Source: Escherichia phage Jgk1. Taken from it: 64,000 bases of DNA. The stretch lies in the sequence record PV292302.1; one strand, 5' to 3'. A model generated the notes under the pieces. It did not search any database. It was given only the letters and a program-made list of their open reading frames with translations, and was not told the DNA's origin. The translations under genes and the position numbers were made by a program. This document shows positions 38,801 to 46,958 of the stretch, piece after piece. How positions within the stretch are numbered: the first letter of the stretch is position 1; each line of letters opens with the position of its first letter.

Positions 38801-40160
38801 CAATACTTGCTGAACCAGCAGCAGCACCAGGAGCTTGAGCAACCCCAGCAGAGCCAAAGCCATAAAGAGCACCCAGACCAGCTTGCTCACCAACACCTTT
38901 AAGAATGTCACGTTTTTCATCGACATTGCTCTTAATTGCACGGTTCTGTGCATACTGACCAGCACCCGATTGAATACCTTCTTCAACCGTCTCACGAAGC
39001 ATGTTGGAGCCAGCACCAGCCAGTGAACCTACCTTCAGTGGATTAAGTTCAAACTTGGATACCAGTGGACCAGTTGCAGCAGCTACAGGAGCAGTGATTG
39101 CAGCAGCATCAATACCAGTTTCAGATGCAGTCTGACGACGTGCCTCATCTGGGGTCATACCATCAGCAATATGCTGTTTGTATAACGGAGACTTAGCCAG
39201 TAGTTCAGAGTGAGGCATCTTCATAATTTCAGATGCAGTTTGTTGATAAGCACCACCAGCTTCCATTGCACCAATAGCAATGGCAGGGGCAGCAATAGTA
39301 CCAGCTTTAATAGCAGCAGTTGCTGGCTTATAGCCAAGCTCAGAAGCGAGAGTAATACCCTTAACGGCTTTCTCACCGAGCATAACTTTACCCAGTGCAG
39401 ATACACCACGAATCAGTGGACCACCTGTAAACAGGGAACCAACACCTTCCGCTAGCCCATCAGTTGCTGCCATCCCATTATCGAGAGTATTGGCAACAGA
39501 GTCGAAAGCGTCACGACCAATGCGAGACAAAGAAGCAACAAGAGGACTTTCACCATCTTTAATTTCCTGGTCATATTTGAATTGGTTAGCTTGTGCAGAA
39601 ATCTGGTTCTGATTAGCTACAACTTTACGGGTTGCATTAAGTGCATCAGACTGTAGACCATGCATCCCTTCATTCAGCCAATCCATTCCAGAAGCAATGG
39701 TTGCCCCAGCATTATCATTGAGTAAACCTGCACCAAGAGCAGCAATGCCCCCAAAGGTATTAGCAACACCAAGACCAACACCAGAAGCAGTATCACCCAG
39801 TGCTTGTGCATTAGAACGTTCCATTGAAAGGTCTTGACGTACTGCATCAGCAGCATTGGCACGACTGTTAAGAATCTGGAATCCTTGCTCAGTACCGTAC
39901 TTAGTAATGATTTCCATAGGGGAGGCTTGCGTAAAATCAGCCTGAAGGGAACCTGGAGTGAAGGCATCAATACCTAAATTACCGACACGACCTGTCTGGA
40001 GATTATAGGCATTCTCTGGGGTTAATTGGAAAGGGCTTTGCCCTTGTTCAGCTTGCTTCTGAGAGGTTGCAGTAGAGACATCGACTTGCTTAGCATTAGT
40101 GATGCTGTCTGCGAAACCTGCCAGACGGTCAAATGTTGACATGGCTTGTTTCCTGTTCAA
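29817..40160 (-). CDS. giant virion-encapsidated RNA polymerase (N4 gp50-like vRNAP)
   Basis: single uninterrupted 3447-aa ORF, terminal gene of the minus-strand late block, as in N4 (about 3500 aa); AGGA RBS. Confidence 0.8.
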   Translation of the reverse strand: MNRKQAMSTFDRLAGFADSITNAKQVDVSTATSQKQAEQGQSPFQLTPENAYNLQTGRVGNLGIDAFTPGSLQADFTQASPMEIITKYGTEQGFQILNSRANAADAVRQDLSMERSNAQALGDTASGVGLGVANTFGGIAALGAGLLNDNAGATIASGMDWLNEGMHGLQSDALNATRKVVANQNQISAQANQFKYDQEIKDGESPLVASLSRIGRDAFDSVANTLDNGMAATDGLAEGVGSLFTGGPLIRGVSALGKVMLGEKAVKGITLASELGYKPATAAIKAGTIAAPAIAIGAMEAGGAYQQTASEIMKMPHSELLAKSPLYKQHIADGMTPDEARRQTASETGIDAAAITAPVAAATGPLVSKFELNPLKVGSLAGAGSNMLRETVEEGIQSGAGQYAQNRAIKSNVDEKRDILKGVGEQAGLGALYGFGSAGVAQAPGAAAGSASIAAGPAIRTTLAGLNAAGNVVAKAASPITNILVQRGENLAKQNEQASPVADATVNAAAQEAAQQAEQAQTTVADAVDAMNISPEEKAAAHQYANDLTQAVNFDPVEMEQAHPVVREAVAQSTNRVDAIQKMADLVNTAEDPNVQMEAAVNMYDNIMSLDSFINRDPGALNNLPKDSPAAAIVDQFSGLMANVQNTPKVLRAFRAIHSMIQEQAEAGQLKATENTTQQQADNIAMAADISPEVLDADSVNMVLKHASEGKITLGNRQRAALQSAAAVLQGAREFDTKAEELGLRPQDIVSKQIKTDESRSNEGQYSALQHAKRIRSAYNSGNFDLASAYLDDFMKFAQHMQNKVGALNEHLVSGNADKNKSVHYEALSPSREWVRSRTGLGVNPYDTKSVKFAQQVGLEAKTVADIANALATAYPELNVSHVKVTSLDSRLDKPAAQVVKEFRQGNLDVAQSQQTTEPVNQVDETPAKTQEAKPTVTPKAEPVVENTAPVNETKPKSEEVTNPESEKAIAIEEPVEAKTEMENVYPLHNTEKTPNQFLKAFSLPIEPKSRIVGTESPLKDVGQALSSAARFETFTQSENAALTPDVIARYKTLMDFGDKLKNTMSDRLAKFLANKNVGKRFAEGTEANRWVGGKLLNIVEADGDTFKFNDQLLETAVLAGLQWRLTANQNAATKDIKDIAAITGIDASLLPEGILASFDNAQTLVEATNSLAQKIESYWGLNRNPDAPLGYTKGIPMAMATEILSSLVEIGEVTESMLDVSEIDPDSNKTIGLYTIEKLDDNDAINKFPTAIEEAVLVEPEEKMYFGDDVPSVAQTQLRNPAVKNTPEQKAALKAEQATEFRVHEPMVKFYEAMGRDNILELMGAGTLNPELLNVNTAKSLEGKNLSVAMAYDSLFGVVSQVQEQEAGLETPIHYAYNMTRVGRMQMLGKNNPQSSKLVREAILPTFSTIDVSNQNSQTFSDFQVGLAQALGIKVHNMSREAMSEKLTTALEGKLKPAVDMMVEFDKSGNLPTDAVSILDTALGGDKSFVALMALMEYARYLNAEDKTKFTTPLYVEADGVTNGPINAMVLMTGGKFTPDWIRNTAKGGLFFGKRGKTMNEHRSQDDSVDLYEASTNSLQQALNELRNAYSNNVPVMNQMNHLQNLMDLFIKDFNLNEDGSLDLKRGIAKNPLTITIYGSGARGIAGKMVSAITDTIYERFSDVLQARAKNPDISPAMAMFGKEAASEADAEAMLKTFLDSMEALTGNVTVMRKGQLSVQPADGAITGKLDPQKFTVKGDALKNLQENMLHLFVEPMRTGIQNTVGEGLMYSTEQLQKATQIQSLVLQDMFQQAVQDKLAEKEKDPTWKKGDFLTQKELNDIQASLAPLAPMIETGSQTFYIAGSENTDVANQVLATNFDDRMRVPMSIYAPSQAGVAGIPFMTIGTGDGMMMQTLSTMKGAPKNTLKIFDGMNIGINDITDASQKANEAVYTSWQGNPIKDVYNSYAKFMKNVDFSKLSDETKKAIGKSALEFELREGATDQDLMMAATQIERNLRNIALGVDIRHTVMNQVQTTVDQMAAVGSPYVNNGQVILEGLTVDQQVAKLNELFDAELNKRRDAVRADKAEPVKEVPAMEQVGRVLKSGVRLLSNTAITKLLKEMTPEQQAVLNEIQKSQAAKDYKVVYGTLAQLDAYAVEKNITRPAPEDMEAAEAGNAYGWTNFEDKTIYLVTHSLETLVHELVHASTFESVLAHYEGTPNEAVQNIEDLMNQFRTLDVSKESPAMREAYADALNTINGHLSNGFIEPALAKSAALNEYMAWGLTNRELAAKQKKTSALKAMIQSVYDAIKRLVFGRKKAPANSDDMFSNLLFNSAVVMRSQAPTAAVSKDTTLFHSTAYGNNDRLAELGQTFDNLIVNYLGNEPVQQYIRKGKFSDALVNATKVTRDVQGHGFTMNMQEQRLFTNIVAALATEAAISPAALSRAQEYYAHVTKNLTVESFMADPNSTNPADRYYAQQKFDTITGANNIEFDAQGRSSLLPTFVGLAMVSEELRNVLAEMPVMKADKVTGNTVDAMLTNIGTSAMASLNARIAGDSKATNVQEGMDALAQTIMESSLNAQSFYDSVATPTGNAIDRANQYVIDGITQLADATLDKARTVAQTAKNPLVKATAHAAQLVAAVATEENGQIVAEGVMKAMNQGKVWQPFHDLINDLTGRTKSNASVYDLIKAVRSQIQADRQQFREHLPTTIASKFSRKLTKEEWKAMHTGMGKTDLAVLRDTMSLAEIRDLLSDQKIVDREVNKLEADLQNQAGRNWPLINRKSKQLAQFMINGTVGNNLLRNATAISRLLGERTAVKSTVDVAKLDKLITLYALEAMSKADRESLSSLAQSETDGIDFATSYLVGQRKDEMTKASADDRAALNHYKGYIPVENKQGVNLIVADDSQYSELLEKSYTRLGAYQGSSADRGRARSYYFSPVQAQAPFSQGILQNVRDTANGVDMGTGFTMGAMVAGRITDKPSVERISKALARGERGNEPLMPIYDNNGRVVAYEQSIDPNMLQHIAGDDHLAKAIGVWRGRQVEEAKAQQFNDVLIENLHAMYEKDISDSASNKSQYVNLLGSKLDPVTADALRLMNAETRRKAESLFGEGELWVRRDMLNDALGYRAASVGDVWSGNSRWSPETLSTFKKALLGAMGNNAYKYTMGGENLIQNLIKDAKTLIVVKSVVVPAVNFIANLYQMVARGVPLKNIAQGIPQKTSEINQYLKSRLRQVDAEAELRAATNPNQIRKLKAEIQSITDSHKRMSIWPLLEAGEFSSIADAGIGRDDILITEGKIYEYMDALANKLPKAVRTAGRYALITKDTALFQGIQKTVEYSDFIAKAIIYDELTKRKGKTREEALGRVTEEFVNYDRLPGRFRGYMESMGLMWFYNFKIRSAKVAVSMVRNNPVHAAMAMLAPTPTMFGNVGLPIQDNIFSIAAQGKLDYSWGFGQGLRAHNLNPWMNIVN

Positions 40161-40203
40161 ACTTATATCGTATGAGAGAACTCACTGTACAGTAAGTGAG
40201 TGT

Positions 40204-40228
40204 AAGAAAAAAGCCCCTAGTGGGGCTT
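40204..40228 (-). terminator. rho-independent terminator upstream of the vRNAP gene
   Basis: minus-strand hairpin AAGCCCC/GGGGCTT followed by TTTTTTCTT, between upstream gene stop (40246) and vRNAP start (40160). Confidence 0.55.
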
Positions 40229-40245
40229 TATTAGTATGAAGTAAT

Positions 40246-42198
40246 TTAGCGAGGTTGCATATAGGCCGGAGTACCTTCTGCAAGTTGACGATAACGTCTA
40301 GCCCTTGCCTCATCTTCATTGGCTCGTGCACGGTCTACAGACGACTGTGACTGGAAGCCCCTTGGAGCCAGGTTAGCTGGGTCAGCTTGTACTTGACCTT
40401 GTGCAGCCTGGAGCATAGCAGCAGCTTTCTTAACGGCCTCTTGTCGTGACGGCAGTAAAGCAACCAATCCAGTCTGACCAGTAGCAATCTTGTTCTGAGT
40501 GTTACTAAGAGCAGCCACAGCATTATCATAGGCCGTTTGTGCACCTTGGATATTTTGAGCAGCTTGAGCACGTCCAAGGTTACGTACACTACCTTCCAGA
40601 GGTTCACCACGGTTAACACCCTCAATAAGCTGGTCTACCTGACGGTCATTCAAACGTAAGCCATTACCAGCCTCGTTAGTAATGAATGGATTAAGTGCAT
40701 CCACAGCACGACTAATATATCCCTCTGGAACGTTAGTAGCAGCACGACGCATAACAGCAGCAGCAAGTGCTGGAGACATATTACCACGCTGAGAAATGTC
40801 ATTCAGACGGGCAACAACCCAACGCTTATCAGCACCCTTGAAGTCACCCTCAAGTAACTTATCTGCTACATCAGTAACAGGAGAGTTATCATTCAGGGAA
40901 CCAAGGAAGTCTGTATTAAGGCTACCTCGGTTATCCTGCATGGAACGGGAACCAATCATGCCAGATGCCAGGGTAGATACAGCCTGATTACCCTGTGCAC
41001 TTTGAATAAGTGCCAGAGGGTCAGCACCTACCTCAGCTTGGGCAATAATAGGCTTAACCTGTTCCCAGGTCATATCCTTGTAAGCACCCGGTGCAGCATT
41101 AGGCAGAGCAGCCCAAGTATCCTTCAGGTTGCCATTCTTACGAGCTTCGAAGATAGCCTTACCTAGCTTCTCCTGGTTCTCAGCAGACATTGGCTGATTC
41201 TGCCAATCTGAACCAAGTACTTTAGGAGCAAAGTCTTTAAGGGTAGCCTGGTTAATCTGATATGCACCGACAGGGGATGCACCCAGATTAGTTTTCATAC
41301 CATCCTGGTGTTGAACTACTTCACCAACACTCATCTGAGTAATTGGGGTAGCAGTAGGGGTAAAGCCATAGGTAGTATCGTAAGGTGAACCTTGCTTAGT
41401 ACCAGCAGTACCTGGAGCAGATGCACCCACACCATTACCATAAACACCCGGATAAGACTGAGCCAGCATAGACTGCAAACGAGCCTGTGCAGTTGGGGAC
41501 AGTTGCTTACTGTAGGCTTCTGCCAACAGACGAGCATCGTTGGGGTTCTCAGCACCACGGGTAATCTGTGACATCACACCAATAGCAGCCTGAGTGTCAG
41601 CATCATTACGCATAGCAACACCCGTATCAAAACGAGTACGTTGCTGGTTAAGTGCCTGACCGCCCTGTCCTTGCAGACGACCTAACATTTCCAGTTGCTG
41701 GTCAGCAGGTAATGCAGACAGTGCATCACGGGTGGATGATAAAGCAGCATTAATACGGGTAGGGTCACCTGTCTGGTATGCTTCACTCAATTGGCGAATA
41801 GCAGGAGAAGCAGCATCCATTGCAGAATCAGTATTCTGCAAACGACCAAAGCGATAAGCATTGTAGTTGTTAGTCCCGGCCTGAGCTTCCTGGTTCAGCA
41901 AAGTACCTGCACGATTATCCAGATTCTCCAGAGTACGCTGGTTAACTAGTGTAGGGTCAACACCATTAAACAGTGCACCAGACGCTAAAGCATTGCGATA
42001 CTCAGTAGGGTCTTGGTACTGCATAGCATTCATCATGACAGCATTGCCAGCATCCTGACGAGCAGCAGTCTGGAAGTTACCCAGAGCATCACTCAATCCA
42101 CCAGTGGCATTACCAATCATGTTTCCAAATGTGCGAATGCTGTCACCAACTCCAGAGAAGTTGGGTGCATCAACATTTCGCCAAGTAATTTGAGCCAT
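40246..42198 (-). CDS. putative internal virion protein
   Basis: 650-aa ORF directly upstream of vRNAP in the late block; Ala/Gln/Gly-rich. Confidence 0.45.
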   Translation of the reverse strand: MAQITWRNVDAPNFSGVGDSIRTFGNMIGNATGGLSDALGNFQTAARQDAGNAVMMNAMQYQDPTEYRNALASGALFNGVDPTLVNQRTLENLDNRAGTLLNQEAQAGTNNYNAYRFGRLQNTDSAMDAASPAIRQLSEAYQTGDPTRINAALSSTRDALSALPADQQLEMLGRLQGQGGQALNQQRTRFDTGVAMRNDADTQAAIGVMSQITRGAENPNDARLLAEAYSKQLSPTAQARLQSMLAQSYPGVYGNGVGASAPGTAGTKQGSPYDTTYGFTPTATPITQMSVGEVVQHQDGMKTNLGASPVGAYQINQATLKDFAPKVLGSDWQNQPMSAENQEKLGKAIFEARKNGNLKDTWAALPNAAPGAYKDMTWEQVKPIIAQAEVGADPLALIQSAQGNQAVSTLASGMIGSRSMQDNRGSLNTDFLGSLNDNSPVTDVADKLLEGDFKGADKRWVVARLNDISQRGNMSPALAAAVMRRAATNVPEGYISRAVDALNPFITNEAGNGLRLNDRQVDQLIEGVNRGEPLEGSVRNLGRAQAAQNIQGAQTAYDNAVAALSNTQNKIATGQTGLVALLPSRQEAVKKAAAMLQAAQGQVQADPANLAPRGFQSQSSVDRARANEDEARARRYRQLAEGTPAYMQPR

Positions 42199-42210
42199 GA
42201 TGGTTTCCTA

Positions 42211-42672
42211 TTAGCGTGACAGTTTATTAGCTTCGATGTAAGCATCAGCAGAAGCCTGGTCACGGTTCTCAGCTACTGCACGGCTACGAGCACGGTCTTC
42301 TAGTGCTGTATTATAAGACTTAATCTGATTGTTCAGGTTAGTGTTAGTAACACTCTTAGTAAAGCTAAGTTGGTCTTTAGCCAGCTTATTAGCCTGGAAA
42401 CCACCATAAATATTGGCTAAGGAGCCAAGTGCACCAAGTCCTAACTGGAAGGTTGGGATATTCATACCAAACTGTCCAAATGCACCTGCTCCACTACCAG
42501 TAGCATTGAATGCTGGGGTATTGGATGCATTACTAGTGAAGTCCATGCCAATAGTCTGACCTGGGTTATAGGCCATAGCTGGACTGGTAAAGTTCTGGTT
42601 GTTCTGCCCAGAGAGCCATGACATGGAGCCAGGATTCTGAGTAGGGTTCCCAGTAAGGAAGTTCAAATCCAT
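42211..42672 (-). CDS. putative virion protein
   Basis: 153-aa ORF in the structural block. Confidence 0.4.
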   Translation of the reverse strand: MDLNFLTGNPTQNPGSMSWLSGQNNQNFTSPAMAYNPGQTIGMDFTSNASNTPAFNATGSGAGAFGQFGMNIPTFQLGLGALGSLANIYGGFQANKLAKDQLSFTKSVTNTNLNNQIKSYNTALEDRARSRAVAENRDQASADAYIEANKLSR

Positions 42673-42685
42673 AGGGATTCTCCTG

Positions 42686-45340
42686 TTACGTATTCAGTGA
42701 TAAATCTAAGGTCATTTCAGAGAAGTTGGTAATCATATCCAGAGACATACCACCAATATCTGAACCAGTCATAGTAGTTCTGGATAAGAAACTATCGAGT
42801 GACTCTATAGATACAAACTGCATGGGGTCAATTACACCTACACCACCAGTACCAAACATCTCTTCATAACGATTGTTAACAGCCATCATATCAGAATTAT
42901 ACTGCTGCATAGTCTTCTCTGCCTGACGGATGATATCAGCAGTAGACGAATTAATGTACTGACTAATGCCGTTACCAACAGCAGAAGTAAGCTGCATGAT
43001 GTTTTGAGCATTCATCATATTGGCTGCCATAGTAGACATGGTTGCACCAGTAGATAAAGCAGTACCTACGTTCATTGCAACTACAGAGGCAATGGCTGCA
43101 ACAATAAAACCAATCTTATCACCAAAGAGCTTTGTAGAAACTTTCTGGATAATTGAGATTAGAACTATAGCAGCAATGGCATTAGCTATAGCCCCGACAA
43201 TAACAGCAGCTAAACCAACAAACCCAAGTGAAGCACCTACTGCACCATACGCACCGAGAATACCCACACCACCTGCACCAAAGGTAAAGATGGAAACAAT
43301 TACTGCCACTACGATAACAGCAATCTTAAAGGCACTTGTCTGATACCACTTCTCTTTTACTTTCTTATACGAGTTCATAATCAAGTAAGTACAAGCAGTG
43401 GACAACTGAGTACTATGAGTCAAAGACATAGAACGGAAGATGGAAGTATTCAACGGGATAATAAATCCAGATTCTTCAGCATCACCCATTGCCTCAGCTA
43501 CATCAGTATCTACAGACTTATTCTTATAAACACGATTCTTATGAGCCAGGCCAAGAATACGTAACTTGGTGTAGGTATTAGGTCCGGTCTGCCAGAGCAT
43601 CTCGAACTCTTGCATAGTGTTACTAGTTGTTGAAACGCTAATCTGCTTAGTAGTTGGGTCAGTACGAATGTTCTTGCGGGTAAGTGTTACATTACCTGCA
43701 TAACGGGTCTTAAGCTGACCCTGTTTGGCTCCAGCCCAACCTTGTCCAGAATGGGAAGTTTCAAATACATAATTCCATGAAATGGACATATCGTACTTGT
43801 ACTTCTTACTACTGCTTACCCTAAACGTCCGTGAAGGAATGGTAGGGAATTCTGGAAGAGGTGGTGGCAAGTCAGTTACTGAACCTCCCCCACTATGGGC
43901 ATTCCACCAGGCAACATAAGCATCAGCAGCAGCATTACCTGCATCAAATCCAGCAATAACTGCTTCCAGTGTTGGATACATTGGGTCAGGTGGGAAAGCA
44001 GCAGTAGCCTTATTAAAGAATCTGTAAATATATTCTTTAGCCGTATCTTCTGGTGTATTCAGAGAACAGCCAAATGAGGTGTAGATATACTGTATATCAC
44101 CAATCTTACTGTTCTTCTTAAGTTCAGTTACTACTTTAGAGAGCTTGCCACCAGTGGCTTTCTTTAAAGCACGGTTACATAAAGGCCAGACATCTGGGTC
44201 TGTTTCTACCCAGGTCTTATTATCACGAATAGGAATGAACGGATAGAATCGTTCATCAGCATCATCTGTATCAAACAAAGCATCCAGTACAGGGTTACCA
44301 CTACCCTGCTTATAGATGAGCATGTTAGGTTGCCCGGCAGCAGACATAATAGTGTCATTGGTTACTGACTGAGAAGTGTACTGAATCTTAACACTTTCGG
44401 TTGTAGTAGTAGTGACGGTAGTCTTAGTGACCCCACCACCAATATCTACAACGGTAGTATTGGACGTAGTGTTATTTACCTTGGTTCCAATTTTTTTATG
44501 AGTCATTACCCTGTTATCTACAACAATAGTTGTTGGGTCGATGTTAGTAGTAAAGCCTCGCTTGTATACCTTGATGTAAGAAGACCACGTATAAGTACTT
44601 GGCGTGTCTGTAGTAACAGTCTCAGAAGGACGTCCATCTGAGTAAGTGGATACAGCAACGACATGCTTATTAAGAGCAGTACTCTCAGGAGTAGTATCAT
44701 CTGATATCTTAGTCCACAAGAAAGTAGATGGCAGTTCAGCCTCAGTATCATATGTGTACAGGGGACCGACTACAGGTGGTTGGGAAGATGGCTCCTTATA
44801 GAATGTATAATCAGCATAGAGATACAAAGCACCCTGAACAAAGTTAGTAGGGGTGAATGTAATAGTGGAACCTCCCTGAGTGGATGTCATTGTGATGAGA
44901 TTAGTATCCTCATCAATATCAATGTCGAATGTCTCATTAACTCGTGTTGGGTAGTTCTGATAAATGTACTGGTCACACCATTCCTGAAAATCAGCAAAGT
45001 CAATTCTAGCTGCCTGCACATAGGTAGTCTCCCCGCTAGGGGGAGTAATCTGTGAAGCTACAACAGTAGGGTCAATGGCTGCCACTACCCCAAGGGAGCC
45101 AGCAGCAAGACCAATTACGCCATCGAAGTGGTTCTTACTCCAGGATGAGAACAGTCTCATACGGATACCAGGTCCACCCATGTAGCTACTGTTAATCAGG
45201 TCAGCCATATCAAACTGCCCCTGTAACATGGAACCAATAACAGTGGTCTTCATGTAGTTAGGGCGCTGGTTGATATCCCCTGCCAGATTATAGGCAGAGG
45301 ATGCTACGTAAATTTTAGTCTTACCACTGAACAATCCCAT
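42686..45340 (-). CDS. putative large virion / DNA-ejection protein with C-terminal hydrophobic helices
   Basis: 884-aa ORF; C-terminal third has several long hydrophobic Gly/Ala/Val/Ile-rich stretches. Confidence 0.45.
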   Translation of the reverse strand: MGLFSGKTKIYVASSAYNLAGDINQRPNYMKTTVIGSMLQGQFDMADLINSSYMGGPGIRMRLFSSWSKNHFDGVIGLAAGSLGVVAAIDPTVVASQITPPSGETTYVQAARIDFADFQEWCDQYIYQNYPTRVNETFDIDIDEDTNLITMTSTQGGSTITFTPTNFVQGALYLYADYTFYKEPSSQPPVVGPLYTYDTEAELPSTFLWTKISDDTTPESTALNKHVVAVSTYSDGRPSETVTTDTPSTYTWSSYIKVYKRGFTTNIDPTTIVVDNRVMTHKKIGTKVNNTTSNTTVVDIGGGVTKTTVTTTTTESVKIQYTSQSVTNDTIMSAAGQPNMLIYKQGSGNPVLDALFDTDDADERFYPFIPIRDNKTWVETDPDVWPLCNRALKKATGGKLSKVVTELKKNSKIGDIQYIYTSFGCSLNTPEDTAKEYIYRFFNKATAAFPPDPMYPTLEAVIAGFDAGNAAADAYVAWWNAHSGGGSVTDLPPPLPEFPTIPSRTFRVSSSKKYKYDMSISWNYVFETSHSGQGWAGAKQGQLKTRYAGNVTLTRKNIRTDPTTKQISVSTTSNTMQEFEMLWQTGPNTYTKLRILGLAHKNRVYKNKSVDTDVAEAMGDAEESGFIIPLNTSIFRSMSLTHSTQLSTACTYLIMNSYKKVKEKWYQTSAFKIAVIVVAVIVSIFTFGAGGVGILGAYGAVGASLGFVGLAAVIVGAIANAIAAIVLISIIQKVSTKLFGDKIGFIVAAIASVVAMNVGTALSTGATMSTMAANMMNAQNIMQLTSAVGNGISQYINSSTADIIRQAEKTMQQYNSDMMAVNNRYEEMFGTGGVGVIDPMQFVSIESLDSFLSRTTMTGSDIGGMSLDMITNFSEMTLDLSLNT

Positions 45341-45349
45341 ACTGGTTCC

Positions 45350-46183
45350 TTATAGGTTGTTGTTCAACTTGATGGTTTCCATAACATCATCAACCACGGA
45401 GTTGGTGAAGCTGTTAGGTGGGTTAAGACCTTCATCAATCGTTTTCTGAGTAATCCAAGCATCAGAATAAATCTTAGCCGCCTTGAGTTCAGAATCACGT
45501 TTGTAGGAAGTAATCTGCTGGGTATACAGTTCTTTCTGTTTACCAATAGAACCAGATACAGCAGCACCATCTGAACGGTTATCCAGAGTCTGTGCACGTT
45601 GTGCTTCAGTCTGTTCCTTCAGTAACTGAAGTTGCTGAGGCAACATACTGTTAACGTTAAACAGTGCAGCACAATAATTCTCAGACTCAGTAGAGAGCTT
45701 GAGCTTGGTAAGAGCATATTCACTTTTAGAAGTAAGAGCCTGGAACTTAGCCAGTACATACTGAGATTTAGCGGTAGCCAGTGCAACACGGGCAGTAACA
45801 GCTTGAATCTGTGCCATAGCAGCAGCCCAGTAAGCTTGGTCACGGCCTAACAGGTATTGGGTAGCATTACCCATACAAGCCTCTAAAGTAGCAATGTATG
45901 CCTTGGTGTACTCACCACCAGTAATACGTCCTTCTTTAAATTCTTGTTTAAGGTGTGCAGAAGCAGACTGCATCAAAGCATCAAACGTACCAGAGCCACC
46001 AACTACACGGGTAGTCAGGTCATCATTAGTAAGACGGGTTACCTCAGTAAAGATGGGAGAATTATCACCACCAGGGATATCCCACTCAGGACCGGACATA
46101 TCAATATCAGGTAAGGTAAAGTCCTCACCTTCAGTAAGAGCAGCCAACAATCGGTTAGCTTCTACCTCAGCACCACATGACAT
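45350..46183 (-). CDS. putative virion structural protein
   Basis: 277-aa ORF in the structural block. Confidence 0.4.
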   Translation of the reverse strand: MSCGAEVEANRLLAALTEGEDFTLPDIDMSGPEWDIPGGDNSPIFTEVTRLTNDDLTTRVVGGSGTFDALMQSASAHLKQEFKEGRITGGEYTKAYIATLEACMGNATQYLLGRDQAYWAAAMAQIQAVTARVALATAKSQYVLAKFQALTSKSEYALTKLKLSTESENYCAALFNVNSMLPQQLQLLKEQTEAQRAQTLDNRSDGAAVSGSIGKQKELYTQQITSYKRDSELKAAKIYSDAWITQKTIDEGLNPPNSFTNSVVDDVMETIKLNNNL

Positions 46184-46256
46184 AGTGTTATCCTCTTTAA
46201 AAAGAAACGGCTCACGGAGTTTACCCAGTGAGCCGTGATAAGCTTTAGCTTAACCG

Positions 46257-46892
46257 TTAGTCGTTCAGACTACCAGCAGCAATCTGTGCAGCAGCCAAAC
46301 GATTCAGTTCTTCTTGGGTCAACTGAGGCAGTACCTCAATCGAGAATTCACGAATCCAACCTTGCTCAATACGTGGTTGACCATTCTTACCTTTGAGAAC
46401 ACGGATGTTCTGGAACTTACGGTTCTTCAGGAACTCGTAGATGCAGTAAGGAATGTGGTAACCATCATCGGTAGCTTCACCAAATGGAACGAACTTACGA
46501 ACAGTACCCATGTACTCATTCGCTACGGTAATAATCTCACCCGGCAGGTCTTTCTTTTTAGGGTCGAGGTTCTGAATACGTACACGTACCAGCTTCAATT
46601 GTTCTTGTCGAATCTTCTGACCAAGGGTCATTTTCTTAACTGGTTCCGGGGTATCACCCAGTGGGTTAACAGTTTCTTCTACTGTTACTTCAGGCTCATC
46701 ACTTACCTGTGCAGCTTCGATTTTTTTACGAAGTGCTTCAACTCCAATGTTATTGGAGAATTGAATGTTCATCAACGTTGCACGTTGCTTGAGAACAGTC
46801 AGTTCATCCGGCATTGCAATATCGTTAACGGTATCTTCGTTGCCCTGAACGTCTACTTCTACGTCAGTGGTCGGTTTGTCGTTAATGCTCAT
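46257..46892 (-). CDS. hypothetical structural-module protein
   Basis: 211-aa ORF immediately downstream of the capsid gene. Confidence 0.4.
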   Translation of the reverse strand: MSINDKPTTDVEVDVQGNEDTVNDIAMPDELTVLKQRATLMNIQFSNNIGVEALRKKIEAAQVSDEPEVTVEETVNPLGDTPEPVKKMTLGQKIRQEQLKLVRVRIQNLDPKKKDLPGEIITVANEYMGTVRKFVPFGEATDDGYHIPYCIYEFLKNRKFQNIRVLKGKNGQPRIEQGWIREFSIEVLPQLTQEELNRLAAAQIAAGSLND

Positions 46893-46921
46893 GGTTATAA
46901 TTCCTGTGATTCGTTAATAAA

Positions 46922-46940
46922 GGGGGAGCTTTGCTCCCCC
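46922..46940 (-). terminator. terminator/attenuator hairpin downstream of the major capsid gene
   Basis: 7-bp stem GGGGGAG/CTCCCCC with T-rich flanks on both strands, 19 nt after the capsid stop. Confidence 0.45.
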
Positions 46941-46958
46941 ATTTTTTAATTCAGACTA

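Noticed and set aside
30582-39455. Many plus-strand ORFs of 60-200 aa inside the vRNAP gene
   Set aside because: They are antisense to one continuous 3447-aa ORF, have low-complexity His/Ser/Leu-rich translations and no RBS context; judged spurious.
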